A DNA stretch of 50,156 nt, counting the filler, from Streblomastix strix (lineage: Eukaryota): NCBI GenBank assembly GCA_008636045.1. It is 2 parts of 2 records of this genome, joined end to end, with 100 filler letters (N's around TTAATTAATTAA, not from the genome) between each part and the next. Parts side by side here need not be neighbours in the genome. Positions count along the whole stretch, not along the records: positions 25,141 to 50,156 come from SNRW01000214.1; 1 more part is not named here. The stretch is one strand, 5' to 3'. A program made the position numbers and the translations under genes. The notes under the pieces are model-generated. The model was not told the DNA's origin and made no database searches. It saw nothing but the letters and a program-made list of their open reading frames with translations. Positions 26,832 to 40,453 of the stretch are shown here, in pieces; positions within the stretch are counted from its first letter, which is position 1; each line of letters starts with the position of its first letter.

Positions 26832-27112
26832 GAATAAAATGCTTTTTTACCAGTCCATGTTTTTATATAGATATTTTACTTAAATTCTCATCTAAAAATT
26901 TTAAATTTCAATTTATCATTTAAACACATAATATGATAGGTTGTTGGAATGCAAATAGGTTGTTGAAATGCAAACATCCCAATATATATTAATTTATAAA
27001 AAAAATAGAATAATAATTTTAAGCTTTTATTATTTCTTTTATATCATTTAAATTGAGAATTTTAGTAAAATATCTATCTAAAAACATAGACTGATAAGAA
27101 GGCATTATATTC
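26832..27112. repeat. 59-bp diverged inverted repeat (26832-26890 / 27054-27112) with internal 2x19-bp tandem (26936-26973)
   Basis: Manual alignment gives 52/59 identity. The tandem unit is ATAGGTTGTTGRAATGCAA. Confidence 0.8.
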
Positions 27113-27849
27113 CTACTCTGGAAATAGTACATGCAGTAACTAAAGGATTGGACTAAGATATTTTAAATTAGTTAACGGGAATCGAATACGAACAAATGAA
27201 ACTGAATGCAATGATATCTGAAAATTTTTATAGTGATGAAGCATAAACTGTTTCATATTACAAATAATTATTTCTTGGTGCAGAGTAAAAAGAATAAGAG
27301 AAATATTTACTTAAATACTTCGAAACAATTGCAGAAAGCAAGAAAAAATAAGCTGAAAAATAAACATTAAGAACTGATTTCAAGAAAAATTTGAAAATAA
27401 AATAGGTAAAAAGTGTTTAGTCACTACAAAGAAATGCGAACATTTGGATACAACTATAAGAATAACAATTCCTGAATATTTCATTCATCCAAAACTCAAT
27501 GTAGTATAATAAAAAAAGAAGAAGAATAAAATTATAATCAAAAAATTTTTTCAATTAGTCTGAAATTTCATTTTTATTTAAAAATATTTATTTTTTAATT
27601 ATGAATATTTTTCGTTAAATTATTTAAGCTATTATTATTAATAATATTTTTTAAAGAATTAATTACACAGAAGTTACTTGAGAATTAACGTTAAAAATCA
27701 AATAAAATATTTAGAATATATATAAAGATTATTTATTATTAATAGAAATTTAATATTTATGGTGAAAATTTAAAATAAATTTATGAAAAATATTTCAAGT
27801 TATAGGATGAAAACAAAAAATTATCCTATACGGAACAAAATCCTGAGTG

Positions 27850-29154
27850 AAATTAATTTATTATACTTGAATACAAATATAATATTCATTCTTATAACTC
27901 TTTAATCCAATCTATCTTAGTACTATCCTATATAAAGAATCATATGTTGATTTTAATTTAAACAAATAGATTCAATATTAATTAACAATATATTGCAAAC
28001 TGTTTAAATATTCAGATTCTATTTAATCATAATTTTATCATTTACATTATATAACCAAATATATAATCATAGTTTCTTATAGTGATTATAGTTATTTCTT
28101 CATATCTTTATAACAAGTTTTTATTTGAATTCTTAAATAAATTCTGATCAATTATTTAATATAAATTTATAACCTAAAGCATTCCTTATTGTACGAATAA
28201 CTTAGCCAACAACTCTATTATGAATAATGAATTTTGAATTAGTGAAATATTCATTAATTTTATTCTCAGAACAAAATAAAGCAAAATATGAACCATTAAA
28301 TCCTTTCTCTCCATCACCACAAATATTATTTACATAATAATTTATATTTTATTTATTTAATTATCCAACTACTTATGCGGATAATTTATCTATCAATAGA
28401 TATTCGACTAAATATTTTGTATTAATGTTTATGCAAAATAAATACAAATTTGTTTTTCTTCTTTTTTCTCTTTCATTTTTATATTTCGTCTTATTCAAAG
28501 ATAGCATCATCATATTCATCGTTGTTTTCTTACAAAGCTGAATCGACAAAAAGACTATATCTATTTCCGAACTTCCTAACTTTGGAGAGAAATAAGACTG
28601 TAATAGTCTTTATAAAGGTTTTTATTTATAATCGTTCATGGGTAACTATACATTTTATTAACTTTTTGAATATTTTATTTGTTGATTTTTTTACACAATT
28701 TAATTTTATTTTGAAGGGAAAATAATGCTAATATTCTCAGTCTTCTGATTGTTCTGTTGATGAACCGGATGAACTGGATTACGAACTGGATGAGGATGAT
28801 GAACTTAGTTATTGAACCGCTTATTTTATATTTTTTTCTAAAGTTTATTTTTTTGATTTTTTTATTTTGTAGGTTGATATTACGATTAAACTGAAATATT
28901 GTAACAGTACCATTCTGATACTGTTTTTTTCCAATCATTATTTCATCAGCGGTTTTTATCTAACATCGACACATTTTTTCTTTGAAATTTTAAAGATATT
29001 TTTTTATAAACTCTGACAGATTCTTTCTATATTAAACTCTATATGCTTTATCATAAAAATCTTATTTAATTTCAAATACATATTCATTTCTTTGTTAACC
29101 ATACCTCACAAAGTTCAAAAGTATATCTTCATATAAACTATTTTCGTTTTTCAT
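27850..29154 (-). pseudogene. Polinton-type rve integrase, copy A (frameshifted)
   Basis: YFSPKLGSSEIDIVF...YLFCININTKYL...NNICGDGEKGF...HNRVVGQVIRTIRNALG, homologous to the copy at 46718-48047. Frameshifts and TGA stops; 3' end approximate. Confidence 0.8.
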
Positions 29155-29497
29155 TTTATTTCATGCAAAAATAAAACAATTTATGTTCAAATCACTGATG
29201 AAACAGTTTATTGTCTCATTGTCTTATTGTCGTCTAATTTTTTGAATAAATTAATTTTGCCGTTTGTGTCTGGGCACCCTGACCGCTTTTAAGTCCTTCA
29301 TTACCCAACTCAATTTCTCGTGTCAAATTTATGAAATTCACTAATTACCTTCATTAAACTTCATAATTATCTGAACTCAATTTTTAACCAATAATGTGAG
29401 GAAATGGGGCACAACACCAATTTTCAAGAATATCCATTTTATTATGAATTGAAGTTAAACTAATTTTTTTTATTTAAATTTTGGACATTTATTTTTT

Positions 29498-32400
29498 TCA
29501 GTAACCAAGAATAATATTTTGAGCATAAATAGATTCTTAATTTTATGATTATTTGAATGTTTCATCATTTAAATGAACATTTTATTTTTAAATTACTCCT
29601 TTCAAACAATAATTATAATTTTTTTCATTTTCATTAGGTATAGGATTATAAATGTAATGAATTTTTGGAGCTAAAGCGATGCAAGCCGTTCCTTCTGCCT
29701 CATAACTCACTCCCAATAATTATTTATATTGACCGAAGAATAATGGTTAATTTTCATCGAAGAATTTTTAGTCCTTGATTACGTATTTGAATTTTTGTAT
29801 GTAATCCTCTTCTGCATCAAGGTTGCCGCTGATGGCCTATGTCATTGAATCAGTACCACCACAAATATAGTGCATCCTGTTCATATCGAAAGCTTTATAC
29901 ATAAAATTATAGATAAAATTTATATATCAATATTTGCTATTATCAAGAACGAAATACGCAGAATGTAGGCAGGAGTTGCAGTTGCAGCTCTCAGCATTAA
30001 ATTATACAGCATATAAATCATCTGTTATTTGTTAGTCATTAACGAATGAACCTTAGAGATGAGACAACCATGTTCTATCAGGGCTCAACAATTTCGTATT
30101 TGAATATTAATCTTAATTCATTCCATCAATTCCAAAACTTGAATTCTTAGCAAATTTATAGAATTGTTATTTTCCATCATTTTTTTCACTAATTGCTCAT
30201 ATTCTTTGACTCAAAAATTCTTTAATAAATGGATTAAATCTATCGTGCTTCGAGAATATTATAACACATTAAATATCGTTAATAATGAAATGAAAATCAT
30301 CAATGAGATGCCATAAATAATAATTATTGAACGACATGAACTATCCATGTGTCAATTATAAATTTGTTGATTTTCTTTCAATTTTATAGTACTTCATATT
30401 ATTTTTCAGCAGTAGATAATATATAAATAATCCTAATGTATTTTCTTCTGTCATTATATTCATGTTTCTCAGTACAGGAAGAAAATTAATGAAATCATTT
30501 ATATGTTATTCATCGATGTGTCCTCTAACAACGGCGATAAATAGTGGCATCCTTTCAACGTCATTAAATCGATATGGATTATAAATTAAATTTCTAGCTG
30601 TTTATTTATCAATAATTTTGTTCAATATTTATCCTACTATGTATAAACGATTGCCTGTATATTTATTGATCTTATGAGGTTCTTAGCTCATAACAGATGG
30701 ATATTAACAGTAGAAATCTAGAGTTAAAAAATGAGTCATTGTGTAGTCGGTGTCCTAACTAATGACTTTTCCGTTAATATATTTTAATTAATTTATTTCA
30801 GTTTCACCTGCAACGTTATTTCTATGCATGACTTATGATAATCCACCAGTGATTCCAGAACGTAAAATTTGATAAGCTTCTTCATTAGTTATAGTCATTG
30901 GCAAATTTTTACAAAAACAGAAATTTTTTAATTATATCACTAATCTTGTTAAATTTTCATCTTTATTTGATTTAAATTTATTGCAGAATAAGCAGCATGG
31001 CTTCATGTTATCTGCTGAATGACCAAAAGAGTTGTTTAATCTGTCTAATATCGTAGGATTTTTGCTAGTGAATCATGAATTACAAATATGGCATCCTGTC
31101 AATAGAAATAATTTTCTGTAGAACACACAATCCGATTCGCGGATATTGTTGATTTTGTCTCTATTTTTTTTAATCTTATTTTAGACAATTTTAAACTTTA
31201 ATGTTTCAGTAATTATATATAAACACGAATGATGCAAAATTATTTTTTAAAGTATAATCTTAATCTAATTTGAAGTCGCTATAAGTAAGAGCATATTTTA
31301 TTGCATTAACGCATGCAGATTTCGACATAAACTACAACATATTAAATTTAAAATTGAAAAACATTTCAATTAAATAATCTAACTGCTTAATCATTATGTG
31401 AGTATCAACTAAATTATATTCATTAAGGTAATCCCAATCATTCGAATATTTCTAAGCAACAACCAAATAATTTTCATATTTCTCTTCACTTAAATTTTTA
31501 TTTTTAATTGTGTTTCTAAATGCTTCAATCGGAAATAGCTATGCTTTAGCTAATATTTCATTACAGTTGTCGTAGTTTATGAATTCATATGGAAACTTTA
31601 ACTTAGCTGGAGTTGCTGACGCTGATGTTAATTATTTGGGTGTGTAATCTTTTATGAATTATTTTAATTTCATTTTTGTACAATAAATCATCTCATCAAT
31701 GAACCTTAATTTAATTCCAGAAATGTTATGTTTAACACCGATTTATTTAACATTTGAACAGTTATCAAGATATTTAATTGTTTACCATTCATCACTTTAC
31801 AAATTTTTAAGAATTAATACGATATCAAACTTTAATGAATTGAGCCCAATAATAGGAACCTCATAATGCTATTGTATCGTCTCATCTCCATAATTGATTG
31901 AATCAATAACTTTACTGGCTTTCGTAAACAATTATATAATTCATACATTACTAAAATCTTTAGTTCTTATGTCAAAATAAATAAAATAAGTGTAATCAAT
32001 GGAATTATTAACGACTTACTTATTTTATTTTTATTGTACTTGCAATTGTTAAAGGTTCTAATATTAAAATTTGTTTTGAATTCTCACCGAATTATTCATT
32101 AACGATTCTTTCAACGGTACCAACATCATATGTTATATAATATTTAGTAGGTTTGAATTCATTCTCTCCACCATGTGTCAGAAGATACTTATAGCTAACA
32201 TTATTCAATAAATGAGGAAAATAAGGCCTAGAAAAAAATTTTAAATGTACTTTTTAGTGTCTTTCATCCATTTTTTTAACATTTTTACATGTATCTTTTT
32301 ATCTTTAATTATTAATTTGAGTTTCTAGTCTTATAAGCATATGTACCACAGATAGGGCAATATTTTAAACCAGTCAGTGCTTCAACATTATTTATATAAA

Positions 32401-34200
32401 AAAGGTGAACAATTTGAAATTCGTTAATTGTGTCGGTTATTATATGAACATCAAATTCTTAAGTTTATTTGTTTTAATCGTTTCTTCTGTATTGTTTCCA
32501 TAAATAATAACTACTATAATTGGCAGGTTGTTCCGTTAATGCAACCATTGAAGTTTTCATAGAAGCTTTGAAAGTGAACACATTCGTTTTTAAATTTTCA
32601 TTTAAAACAAATTAATCTGCTTCTGTTGCGAAATTAAACCTTTAATAATTGTCATCAATTTTCTTGCAAGAGATTCTTTAAAAAATTCGTTTAGCTTCTA
32701 CAATATATGAATATTCCTTATAACACTTAGCAATAATATTTAATTCATTATTTTATTTTATATCTGGCATTGAAATAAATGAATATGCTAGAAAGAAACA
32801 TAAATTTTGATTATTTTTTTTATGGTCAACATATCGAATTTTATGCCTAATTATATGTTTCTTCAATGAAGATATTATTCGACCACATGCTCCTGCGTGT
32901 GGAAGACGAAATACATGAATCATTACTGAAAATGTACCTAATAGTTTCTTCTTGGTATCCAAAATAGTTCTCTCATGCATTTGAATAATGCGATTTCTAA
33001 TGAATCTTTTATAATCCGCTAAGTCTAAGTGTGTGCATATGGTTATCGGTACTCTCATTTCAGTTCTAGCTTCTAATGGATGATTAATTTTATACGTTAT
33101 TTATTATTCGTTTTCTTATCTACTGACTCGAACAATAATTACTCCAAAATCAAAAACAATTTCGAATGCAAACTTTTGTTTACGCTAAAATATTTCATAC
33201 AAATATGCATCAACATCTTCAATTAATTTTAAATCATTTTAATAATACCCTTTTGTTGGGCTGATTGTATGAATGTAAAATGGATTATATTAAACAAGTT
33301 AATTTTATATATAATTACGTTCAAAATTTATTCTTCTTTCATATTCTTACCTGATCTGTGGTGGGCATAACATAATTATTGTTTAAAATTAATGAATTTG
33401 CTGATAATTCTCATTATTATATTCATCATTAAATACTTTTATTTCTTCTTTAACATTTTTGAGTACGTGAATAAAATTTTTTTATTCTTTTATTTCTCTT
33501 AATAAATTTGAATGTCTTTAAAGTTAATTTTCCATAATTTTATCAATTTATTAATTGTACTGTTGGCTCTATTCGTCTTAAGCGTTCATTTGCTATGAAT
33601 TATTTTATATTTGTACAAATTATTAAATATAATCTTTACCAATTATTTCTTCGTTTTGAATGCCTAATTAAGTGTACTATCTGATGCGTCTTGCAAATGG
33701 TTCTGAATATAATATTGCATTTCGAACTATATCTCTATTGTTTCTACCATGATTTAAACCGATTTTATCTAATATTAAAGAATATTATGACAATAATTCA
33801 CTAATGTTTATTTTCTATTAAATTTCAAGGTCAAATAAAGTCATTAATTCTCTTATTATTTCTAGTATTAATTTTAATGCCTTAAATTCAGTTGATAATC
33901 CACCCGCTGTTCAGATTGCAGTTCCGGTGATAATTCAGGTGATTGTGGGTAATTACGTGCATACTTCTACGTAATATATTCTTACATTTATGTCAATTAT
34001 TATTGTTATAGTACCATTTATAATTCTTGTGATAATTCCGGTGATGGTTGGTAGATACGAGCTTGAATCTATGATATATAATCCTACATTTGCTACAGTT
34101 TTTTTTGTGCAATATAGATGATTAATTAAGTGGTTATAGCTCTGGTAGTGCTTGAATCGGAGGCATAATCGGAGGCATAATCAGAGGCATTCATCTTCAT
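29498..34200 (-). pseudogene. Protein-primed family B DNA polymerase (pPolB), copy A, disrupted
   Basis: Exo I YITYDVGT, Exo II IIGLNSLKFD, motif A LDFYCQYPSVM, motif B KFAKNSSFG, motif C YICGGTDS (DTDS mutated), CIALAPKIHY, LKGV. Internal TGAs and frameshifts. 5' end (33400-34200) uncertain. Confidence 0.88.
34155..34190. repeat. 3 x 12-bp tandem repeat (AATCGGAGGCAT)
   Basis: Directly visible near the 5' end of pPolB copy A. Confidence 0.85.
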
Positions 34201-34420
34201 TATTAGTCTTATCCCTATTTATTTATTATTATTTAATATAAAAATAAATAATAATTACATTAACTGTTTCATTAATTGATTTAATTGACGGAACACGAAT
34301 GAAAAACTTCAAAAACATTCATAAAAAGCTATAATTAGATAGACTAATGGCCAGAGGTGAGAAACATTAATAAAAATAATTATTTTTTTAATAGTTTCAA
34401 TAATTATTTCATTGATTGTT

Positions 34421-35470
34421 TCAGAATTTATATTTAGCTAATTCATAACCAACAACTTATTTTTATCTCTACGTTAAACGTTCGCCATATAATTACACAG
34501 CTTATTCTATAAATTATGCAATCCTTTTACCAATCTGATTATCAGTATAAGGTTAAGCAAGAACTGCAGGTAAATCTTTCTTATACACTCTTTTAGCAAT
34601 TGGCAAATATTCGTAATCTCCTTAATTTACATTTGATTTATTATTTCTATTGTATAGATCTATTTATCCATCTTATAACTCTAATATAATAATTGTAGAA
34701 TTAATAATTACAGAATTCAAAGCATATGCCATTATTTGTTATTTGGTTGCAATTGGCAATTATGCACCTCCATTTATTTTAATAAATTCCTTTGTAATTA
34801 CAGTCAATGTTTTGAAACTATTAACCTTTATTTCTCTTTCTTTTCACGGCTTAGATATTGAGAGCCATTTCATGTAAGGACCACCGTCTATTCCTTATTA
34901 TTTAATTTGGATGCCAGTGCCGTTTATTCTAAATCATTAACATCTGAATAATATTTTTTGTTCCAATTTCTTTTAAGTTGATGATCTGGGTCATCAAATC
35001 CTACAGATGTTGTATAACCATCGACGGAATAAATTGCATCCTTTTTCTTATCATAGACAACCACATTATCTGGTGTTTCTTCACTATCATCTAAGTTTTT
35101 TTCACGAATTTCAAAACGTTTACCTAAATGTTTATCATTTATATATTTTTGAGCACCGACGGCGGATGATAACCTATTAATTATCTTAACGTATCTGCTT
35201 AAATAACTTACAAGTGTAGCAAGTACATCCACTGCTTCTTCTCTCAATTATGGACCCTCGTACTTTCTTGCTCCTTGAATCATTGATGGATGAAATAACA
35301 GCCTTCCAAACGGTTTTACTCGTGATTTCATTTAGTCTTATCTTGCAGCTTGCGATTCGTTATAATCGTATTCATCATTAATTTCCATTTAGGGACGACC
35401 TTGTTGTCTACTTCCGTTTTATTCCTGTTCAATCAGTTATTCAATTATTTGATCTTCTATTCTATTAATT
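34421..35470 (-). pseudogene. Element-encoded hypothetical protein (frameshift near 34900, internal TGA)
   Basis: Protein-like frame (...EAVDVLATLVSYLSRYVKIINRLSSAVGAQKYI...PDNVVVYDKKKDAIYSVDGYTT...) between pPolB and ATPase. Start not resolved. Confidence 0.55.
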
Positions 35471-35493
35471 TGAAAAAAAATTTTTTTTATTTA

Positions 35494-36294
35494 ATGAAAG
35501 TTATGAGATTAACATAAAAAGCAGATAACATGTTAAAAGAAATAATAGTGAATATGCATGAAATTAAAATAATTATTCATAAAAAATTAAATTTTACATT
35601 CAATTCTGTAAATTTATTGATAGGTTAGCGTGGAAGTGGTAAGACATACAATGTTTTTAAAGAACTAATAAAATTAAGTTAATTAAAGAAACATTGTTAT
35701 ACCCTATTCATATACGTCAGCGATTCAAATAATGATAACATTTATAAAAAGATGAAAGATTTGATTAAAATACTTACTAAAATTATTCCATATGCCGAAG
35801 CAGATCAAGTGCTGAATGACTTGATAGAATGCAAATAAGCTTATGATGAAATTTAAGAAAAATAATTATAAAAAGAATTAACGGAAAAATCAAAAGGTGA
35901 TATATTAACCTTTGTGGTTGTAGCTAGAGCTAGTGAAGGAGGTAATTTTGAAGTTAAATTTCCTCATACTATTGTTTTATTCGATAATGCAATGAATATA
36001 TTTAAAAATATAAATAATTCACAGTTTAAGAAGTTACTTAAGAACAGTAAGCTTAGAATAACATACTTCCTTTGTTTATAAAACATCATTGGTTTAGAAG
36101 CTGCGATTAAATCAAATCTTGATCCATTACGGTTCTTTGGGTCATTTAACAGATTAAAATTTAATTAATTTATCTATTAATCTTCTATATCATCAGATAA
36201 AGAAACAATATGGAACGAGTATGTACATCTAACTAAATAATAAACAATAGTAGTATAGTGTGAAGTTAATGGAACAGTTGTTAAAATATTCTGA
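35494..36294 (+). CDS. A32/FtsK-HerA-like genome packaging ATPase, copy A (open frame, 266 aa)
   Basis: Walker A LLIGQRGSGKT, Walker B HTIVLFDN, downstream RITYFLCLQ motif. Uninterrupted under TAR=Gln to TGA 36292-36294. Confidence 0.85.
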
Positions 36295-36374
36295 AACACA
36301 CAAGCACAAAATCAATGTTTTCTCATTTCTGGCCATCTGTCCATCTGGCCACAGCTTTTTATGAAAGTTTCTGA

Positions 36375-36419
36375 CTCGGTGTACTCGGTGCGCTCGGTGC
36401 ACTCGGAGCTCTCGGTGCA
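36375..36419. repeat. 5 x 9-bp tandem repeat (CTCGGTGCA consensus)
   Basis: CTCGGTGTA CTCGGTGCG CTCGGTGCA CTCGGAGCT CTCGGTGCA; a GC-rich island in AT-rich DNA. Confidence 0.85.
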
Positions 36420-36622
36420 CCTAAAAATCATTCAATAACTGTTCATATTTGTCGTACCTGTGCAGTCAAAATTTATTCATTTAAGTGCTTCAACCAACAG
36501 GTTCAAAACATCTAAAAATTTGTCTACTTTATGAACAATCCTGTTCATTAATCTTTAGTACTAGTTCCTATACGGGTGCCGGAAAAAGTGTCTGCACTCG
36601 ATTTTTCTCGGAAAATAATATT

Positions 36623-36626
<4 letters not shown>

Positions 36627-36654
<28 letters not shown>
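36627..36654. repeat. (AT)14 microsatellite in the spacer between ATPase A and the capsid gene
   Basis: Directly visible. Confidence 0.9.
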
Positions 36655-36801
36655 CAATAATAAATTTATGCTAATAAAAAATAAAGCTAAGGTATCAATT
36701 TTTATCTCGATAAATTATTTTAAGTTCGCAAAGTTTTGGCTTAAATCGAAAAATGAATAAATTTGAAATATGTAAATTCTATTCATTTATGCTTTTATTT
36801 C

Positions 36802-38536
36802 ATGTAAATTGTTTTATATTACTTTCTGAAAATATATTACGCTCAATTGTTCATAGTAGTTAAGAACTTTCAGCATCATCCAAATCAATTATCATATCTT
36901 ACTCAACCATTTTAGAATGATGGATAACACCATTTTTCAATCAAGGAGATCAACCCAGAATCATAAATGCCATCATTATTTGACTAGGAAGTTATTATCA
37001 GTTTGATCGATCCAGATCACAATGTAACATAGATATAAAATTTATTCATCACACATGAATTTACAATGAATCTATTGTTCGATAATAAGTTTGAATAATT
37101 TAACGAATCTTATAGAGCTGGAACATTTATATTTGTTGGATTAAAATCATCTGCATAACTAATTCACGAATATACTTTATATCATAGAGGAAGAATAATC
37201 GATGGATCTCTTCAGAATGATTTTACTTCCAAATAATTTATCTATAATACTATTAAACCAAAATCAGAGAAAAATAATAATAGATTCGTTCATTCACTCT
37301 ATGAAAATGTACGTAAAGATGATGTATCACATTGTGGAAAATATCTTAGTATCAAGGATGTTTCAGATGCACTTGTTTCATAAGCGGTTGCACCATATGC
37401 TATGCCAGTTATTTTCTCTGTTTCAGTTCCTCTGGATGATTTACTCATTTTCTCTGCTTTCTCTGAATACCCTAATTCTCTATTTGGTGATCTCAAAATT
37501 AAATTCAAAATTAATACAAACGCATTCGTATTCTGCCAAATTGATCAAGTAATTTCGATGGATAGATATTATACAATTAATAAAGATAAATTATTGAGTT
37601 TAGGTCAAGATAAGCTTAAGGATATTGATCTATTTTTCCGCAATTGATCTCACATTCTAATACACAAATAGGTTCACATAAATAGGATGCACTGCTGATT
37701 TGATTACTGGAGTACGTGCAGGAGAACTAACTCCATCAGAATTGAAGAATCTCGTATGTGAAATCAAACCAGTAACAATTTCTATAAGAAACTATATCTT
37801 AACTGCAGCTGTTGCAAATATGTGTAGATATAAAGTTTCACTATAATGCCTTAATCGTGTACGATAATTTTATTCATCTCATCCATTTGTTGTACCTGCA
37901 TAACGTATTGAAACATGGACATTTCCAAGTGGTGCTACTCTCACGGGATTACGTATTTCATAAAATATACCGCTATTTCATGTTACTGATATGTGCTTAT
38001 TATTTCCTAATGATGCTAGAAAAACTACTTGCTTCGAAAATCCATGATATTAAAATATGTAGTTGTCTACTTTAAGTAGAAATTTCTCAGATTTTCCAAT
38101 GAATACACTTAATGAATAATTCTTCACAATGTAGATGACAGCAAATAATCTCAATAATATATTCGAAGCTATTGATGAATACGAAGATTCATTAACAACT
38201 CAAAGAGGAAATTCAACTAGAAGATATAATTCTGTAACTGATTATACATCATTCATCATTACATAATAATGCGAACGTAATAGCAATGGTGCATTAACAT
38301 TTGATGGATTTGATACTCAAAATTAGAATACCTCAATTGATTTACGCGGATAGCTACTAAACTAAGGTGCAGTTGATACTTATTATAATGTTGATACTAA
38401 TGGAAAACATCAACCTCGTCCAATTCTGTGCACTGTTCATGATACTTTCTGGCTATTTAGCCCTGTAGATGGAGGATCATGCGTCTGTGATACAAGTCAT
38501 TCATTCGATAAGGTTATTGGATAAGTAACTGTTTGA
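36802..38536 (+). pseudogene. Putative major capsid protein (about 570 codons; internal TGA 37645-37647 and frameshift near 37660)
   Basis: FIFVGLKSSAQLI...IKPKSEK...HSLYENV...CGKY...SVPLDDLLIFSAFSEYPNSLFGDLKIKF...PILCTVHDTFWLF. Size, beta-rich composition and context fit, and the motifs resemble Trichomonas-Maverick-type capsid proteins as I recall them. Needs HMM or structure confirmation. Start approximate. Confidence 0.65.
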
Positions 38537-38568
38537 TACTGATGGAATATTATTATTTTTGTAATAAA

Positions 38569-38961
38569 ATGGTTTATAACCGTGCGATAATTAATGATAT
38601 GACTTTAGCTCAGAATGTAAAACACTTTGTGATAATGTAGAATGATTGCATATATGATGAAAGGAAATTTCGAGTTCAGTTACCATTTGAATTTGTTAAT
38701 TTAAATAATGAGCGAAAAATAATATTCATATAATACAAGATACTTAATACTCCAGATATTGTATCCATTCACTCATAGTTAGTATAAGAAGAATAATATT
38801 ACGATTGTTTTGTAGGTTTTTGTAATGAAACAAGAACAATTAAAGAATTCCAATAAACGAATCATTAACGAAGCATGTTGATTTGGTTCAAGAATAATAT
38901 GAATTAGAATATAACATAAACAGATATAAAATTTGTTTTAGATTTATTGCTTGTATATTGA
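38569..38961 (+). CDS. Small beta-rich protein (130 aa), candidate minor capsid/penton-like
   Basis: Intact ORF 32 bp after the MCP. The C-terminus MLIWFKNNMNQNITQTDIKFVLDLLLVY resembles the terminal strands of single jelly-roll pentons. Function inferred only. Confidence 0.5.
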
Positions 38962-39143
38962 TTGTGATTATTTTTAAGATTTATTGCGTATCTTCAACTT
39001 GAATGGACTTATTTGATATAGATGATTTTGTTTAAATTATCGGTACATTTTGATGGCTCATATCTGAGCCTACGATTATTTTTATACATTAATTAATAAT
39101 CACTCGTTTCAATTAACTAATCAATCACTTTTACTAATCAGAA

Positions 39144-40016
39144 ATGACATCGACTGCATCAACAACATATATCATCTCAAACAATGAAACTTTCACAATC
39201 GGCTCATACAACGGTTTCGAAATAATTGTTCGTGAAAAATATGCATTCATAAATGCAACAAAATTAGTTCAAATTATTAATAATAAAGAGAATACAAACA
39301 AATAAATCAAGAAAATTGTTCAATCAATAATGTATGGAGATTATAAGCAACTTTTATGGGAAAATTCTATCGGGTAAAATTTTACCCAACAACTTTTGGA
39401 TTCTTAATTAGACAATAATTTCAGCAACAATGTTAGAACAACATATGTACATAAAGAATTGTTAAATATTGTATGTATGAAGGCATGTGTCAATTACTTA
39501 CATCAAGTTACGAAGATAATGGACAAAATTAACGAAACAACTACTGCAGAACATGATGCTGATAAAACATAAGCAATCGCAGATCAATTTCATAGTGTAA
39601 AAAATACTGTTACTGATACATTATCGGATAGAATAACTGATTTGAATTAACAGGTTCGATAATTAACTCCAAGAGCTGTTCCAAATGGTAAAGAAAAAAC
39701 ATATTTATTGATAGTTGAAGAGGTTAATGAAGATGAATAATATGAAGAATAACAGGAAGATGAAATATCAATACGAGTTAGACTAGTTAATAGAAAAGAT
39801 CAACGTTCAGCAAAAATAGAACCATATTATCGTGAATCATTATTATTTGTTGAAAATTTACCATTTGCTATGATAATTAATGAGAAGATTAAAGAAGTTC
39901 TATAATAACGATAAGATGTGAAAATATGGTCAACACATTATACATTCGCAGAAGACTAATTAGATGAAATAATTAATCAAATATAAGCTATTATTAATAT
40001 GGAATTAACACATTGA
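39144..40016 (+). CDS. KilA-N (APSES-like) DNA-binding domain protein, 290 aa
   Basis: GSYNGFEIIVREKYAFINATKL...NNVRTTYVHKELLNIVCMKA KilA-N pattern followed by coiled coil. Intact under TAR=Gln. Confidence 0.8.
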
Positions 40017-40048
40017 TAGCTCAGATAATTTATTTTTGTTAAATTGAA

Positions 40049-40453
40049 ATGTCGCGAGTGTTATTTGATAGTAAACTAATTAAGAACAATAAACCTAAGA
40101 ATAAAATCTAGCCATTACCTGAACTAAAAATAATCAATAAAACTGATACATAACCAATAAAGTTTGATACAACTGATGAGTTCCATTAATTTTATGCAAC
40201 TAATAAAGAATCTATCGATAAGATGCCAACGATACGATTAAATAAATAATATAAAGTGGAAGGATATATCTTCACAAAATAGAATGAATAAATTGCGTTA
40301 AAATAATCCAAACATAAATCATCTGAATAAAATGAATTAACTAATATATTTGAATCAATTAAAGAAATCAATGTTAAATTAACATTTTTATTAAGCTTCT
40401 TTGAATAAAAATAGCAATCAATCTCTTATGAAAAAGATGAATACGTACATTAA
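40049..40453 (+). CDS. Element-encoded hypothetical protein (about 135 aa; stop apparently lost)
   Basis: MSRVLFDSK...FDTTDEFHQFYATNKESIDKMPTIRLNKQYKVEGYIFTK. The frame meets the convergent ATPase stop at a TAA (40451-40453), possibly a mutated TGA. Confidence 0.55.

Larger units (their letters stand above)
27850..36300. mobile_element. Polinton/Maverick-like endogenous virus, element A (degenerate, partial; boundaries approximate)
   Basis: Intron-less cluster of retroviral-like integrase (-), protein-primed PolB (-), hypothetical gene (-) and packaging ATPase (+). No TIR or TSD identified. Confidence 0.85.

Noticed and set aside
25141..27600. Coding-like fragments after the gap
   Set aside because: Interrupted by TGA stops with no identifiable domain; treated as pseudogenic debris.
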